Shown: positions 61,610 through 64,000 of the stretch, piece by piece | How the letters are laid out: the number at the start of each line of letters is the position of its first letter | Position numbering within the stretch: position 1 is the stretch's first letter | Source: Anthoceros angustus | Lineage: Eukaryota; Plantae; Anthocerotophyta | Direction of reading: 5' to 3' | DNA: 64,000 nucleotides | Assembly: GCA_010909165.1 (NCBI GenBank) | Contig: MU008170.1 | Coordinates: forward strand, 372,001 to 436,000 | Notes under the pieces: model-generated | Told to the model about the DNA's origin: nothing | The model's database searches: none | Seen by the model: only the letters and a program-made list of their open reading frames with translations | Made by a program: the position numbers and the translations under genes

Positions 61610-62681
61610 CTAGTTGTCAGGGTCGAGTTCTCTCAAGATCGGTAATGTAATGATCAGAGTGGAAGAGGAAGGGTCCCATTTGGCACCGCTTTTCTCCACT
61701 TTGATGGTGTGCGGAAACGTTGTGCCTAAGTAGCTGCCAACACACATGAATGGAGATAAAGCATCATGATGTGCGGAAGCTTCTCTGGTGTAAATTTTGT
61801 GCATCTTGGACAACAGGATGGGCTTAGTATGGTGCTTACTAGTCCATTGACGATAGCTTGAGATGAGTAGGATGGACATCCAGCGTAACGTCTGCTACTG
61901 CTTGAATTCGAGGAAGCTTGACTTTCATCACAAGGTCTTCACAAGACAAGGTGGATGGGTTCTTCCCGCTCTGAAGCACTTCACATGTGTCAAGGGGATG
62001 ATAATGGTGACGGAGGCCGGATCTACCCGAGAAAAAGGGTGTGGAAATGCTTACCATCTGTAGGTAGATGTCGGATGGGGAAACTGCTTGTTTATAGATG
62101 TACTCGAACCTGCATCCAGATGGAGGAACAAGCGAAATGTTGAGATGCACCGGCCATGGCATTCAGCCGTCTGATCATTCACTACACTAAGTACTAAAAC
62201 TCACTCTGGACGCTCTCGACCTTGGCTGTCCTTCTCAAGGTCCTCGTAGGTGACGTCATCTTTCTCACCTTGGGCACTGTGTGGATGTTCCTTTTTGCCC
62301 GTGTCACTCTTCTCTGCACAGGAGGGAGCGTTGGGTTGTCAGCGCCATGCCTGAACACACAAGAATCCATCCAAGGGCCATGCCCGGATACAGACTGGTG
62401 TGAGTTGTTGACAATACTTTCTGGTTGGGAACCAATGAATCCTGGACTGAGAAAAGCGCTTGATTGGGACGTGGGCTGGCGGGATGGTCTCTGGTAAAAT
62501 AGATGGCAGAAATGCAGCCTTAGTTCACGTCAGTCTGAAATGCATCCTTGGCCTCGAATGTTACAATTCTGCAGTTGGCACATATAGGTGAGGGTGAGAG
62601 CGAGACATGTTTCTCATTTTCTTCCTGCGATGAGCAAAGAAGAGATTCAAGGGCCTTCAAGTCACCCCATGACATCTCCAT
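61610..62681 (-). CDS. DNAAF6: PIH1D3/DNAAF6 dynein axonemal assembly factor, about 6 exons
   Basis: DLKALESLL, RERPE|FEYIYKQAVSPSDIYLQM|SGKNPSTLSCEDLVMKVKLP..AKWDPSSSTLIITLPI. Confidence 0.85.
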
Positions 62682-62907
62682 CTTGCCTTCCCTGCAGCAG
62701 CGTACCACAGAGTATGTGAAGACCAAAGAAGCCAGAGCAAACAGCACCTTGTTGGTGAGATGACGTCCAACCCCACCAGCTTTCCATTGATTTGGGGCCC
62801 CGGCCAACTCCTGACCAGAAGCAAGTTCGACACTGATTTTAGGGCTAGAAAAATTTATGGAGCGAATGAACAAGGAATGGAGCAGCTGCATCCGAGATCC
62901 ACGACTA

Positions 62908-63405
62908 TTATGGAGAAGTAGAGCCGGATGCCTCATGTTGGGTGGCTCTCCTCCGCCTCGTGAGAATGATCCTCTGGACAGGATCCCTCTCCCGTATATC
63001 AGGAAGTGGGTTCCGGCACTCAATGGAAACACCACCTAGAAAAGTCCATGCTACAAACATGAGGGTAGCACACAAGGACCACCTCCAGAGAGCTCCGAGT
63101 CCTCGCTCCCCACGACTCAAATCCTCCTCTTCCAGTTCGACACAGACTGAGTCGGAGTCCTCATCTTCCTCCTCATCACAATCCCTGCGCTCCGGTACCA
63201 AGTGGGCGTCATCCCTCGGAATAGAATCCGCTTCACACCACCGTTGGTTCTCAAAACACACAATCTTGTTCTCTTCTACCACAGCATCCTCCACCGAATT
63301 TCCTTCTACATGACTGTCTAAATCCTCTACACTAGCAGCACCCTGCTTGCCATCCCAGTCGGATTCCTTCAACGAAACTTGCATCTCTTGCAAACTGTCC
63401 ATCAT
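62908..63405 (-). CDS. Unknown acidic protein with one predicted transmembrane helix
   Basis: 165-aa ORF from MMDSLQEM; acidic tract then LWRWSLCATLMFVAWTFLGGV; probable 5'UTR intron at about 63646-63810. Confidence 0.55.
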   Translation of the reverse strand: MMDSLQEMQVSLKESDWDGKQGAASVEDLDSHVEGNSVEDAVVEENKIVCFENQRWCEADSIPRDDAHLVPERRDCDEEEDEDSDSVCVELEEEDLSRGERGLGALWRWSLCATLMFVAWTFLGGVSIECRNPLPDIRERDPVQRIILTRRRRATQHEASGSTSP

Positions 63406-64000
63406 CGGGTTGCCCTTACCCCATACCAGCAAGCCACAACCTTTGTCTACCGGTGAGATCTGCCTGGAAGGGATGAAAGTACTTGCTTGGGGTTGCCACC
63501 CGAGAGCACCTGGTTCCAAAGCTCCACACCACCTTATTGCCCTGAACTGTCCACAAATCTCGCTGAATCAACCAGCAGGTTGAAGTGTGAAGGAAGAATC
63601 AGTAATCCCCGCAGTGTTAGGCAACTCCACTGAAACCCGGAAACCCTACAGTCATAGAGAAAAGAGGGTTACAACATCCACAACAGAAGCAGAAGCAAGC
63701 AAAGCGAATCCGTCCAGTCCCGATGGGACGGACTGCTGGATCAACGTCAACATCCTACCAAGAACAAGGCGGAAACAAAACTGGGAGAGTTGCTGAGAAA
63801 CACGCTCACCTACAGACGCTTTGACGGTGGAGCAAGGTGAGGAATTTCAAAATCGGTAGAGGCAAAATTTCAAAATCGCGGGGCGTGGAGGGAGAGAGAC
63901 CTAAAGCTATGAGCAAAGGCTTGAGTTTTAACTGCCGTGTTTTTCGACAGAATCGGTCAAGGTAGCCAACTGGTTTTCTGTGCCCTGGACCGTTGAAGGA

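Overview
Eukaryotic nuclear DNA from a gene-dense land plant with short GT-AG introns. The PIH1D3/DNAAF6 dynein-assembly gene implies flagellated sperm, so a hornwort, other bryophyte or lycophyte is likely (inference only). 1-35 kb: retroelement debris, a TrmA/RlmD-family RNA methyltransferase, a USP, a cytidine deaminase, then a birth-and-death array of about 10 intronless F-box genes, pseudogenes and fragments. Their spacers hold tRNA-Arg(CCT), one intact tRNA-Val(CAC), five decayed tRNA-Val copies and captured fragments of neighbouring genes. 35-64 kb: fatty-acid hydroxylase/desaturase, FBS4-like F-box, an AT-rich coiled-coil gene, XBAT31-like E3 ligase, C1D/Rrp47, an O-methyltransferase array interrupted by a BAHD acyltransferase, CRY-DASH, PRIN2, PIH1D3 and an unknown membrane protein. 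The strongest lead: two F-box genes carry an antisense tRNA-Val relic just past the stop codon. Its first 19 nt are identical to the intact tRNA-Val while the middle is heavily diverged, making it a candidate tRNA-fragment target site. Family calls come from motif recognition, not database searches, and exon boundaries were read by eye.
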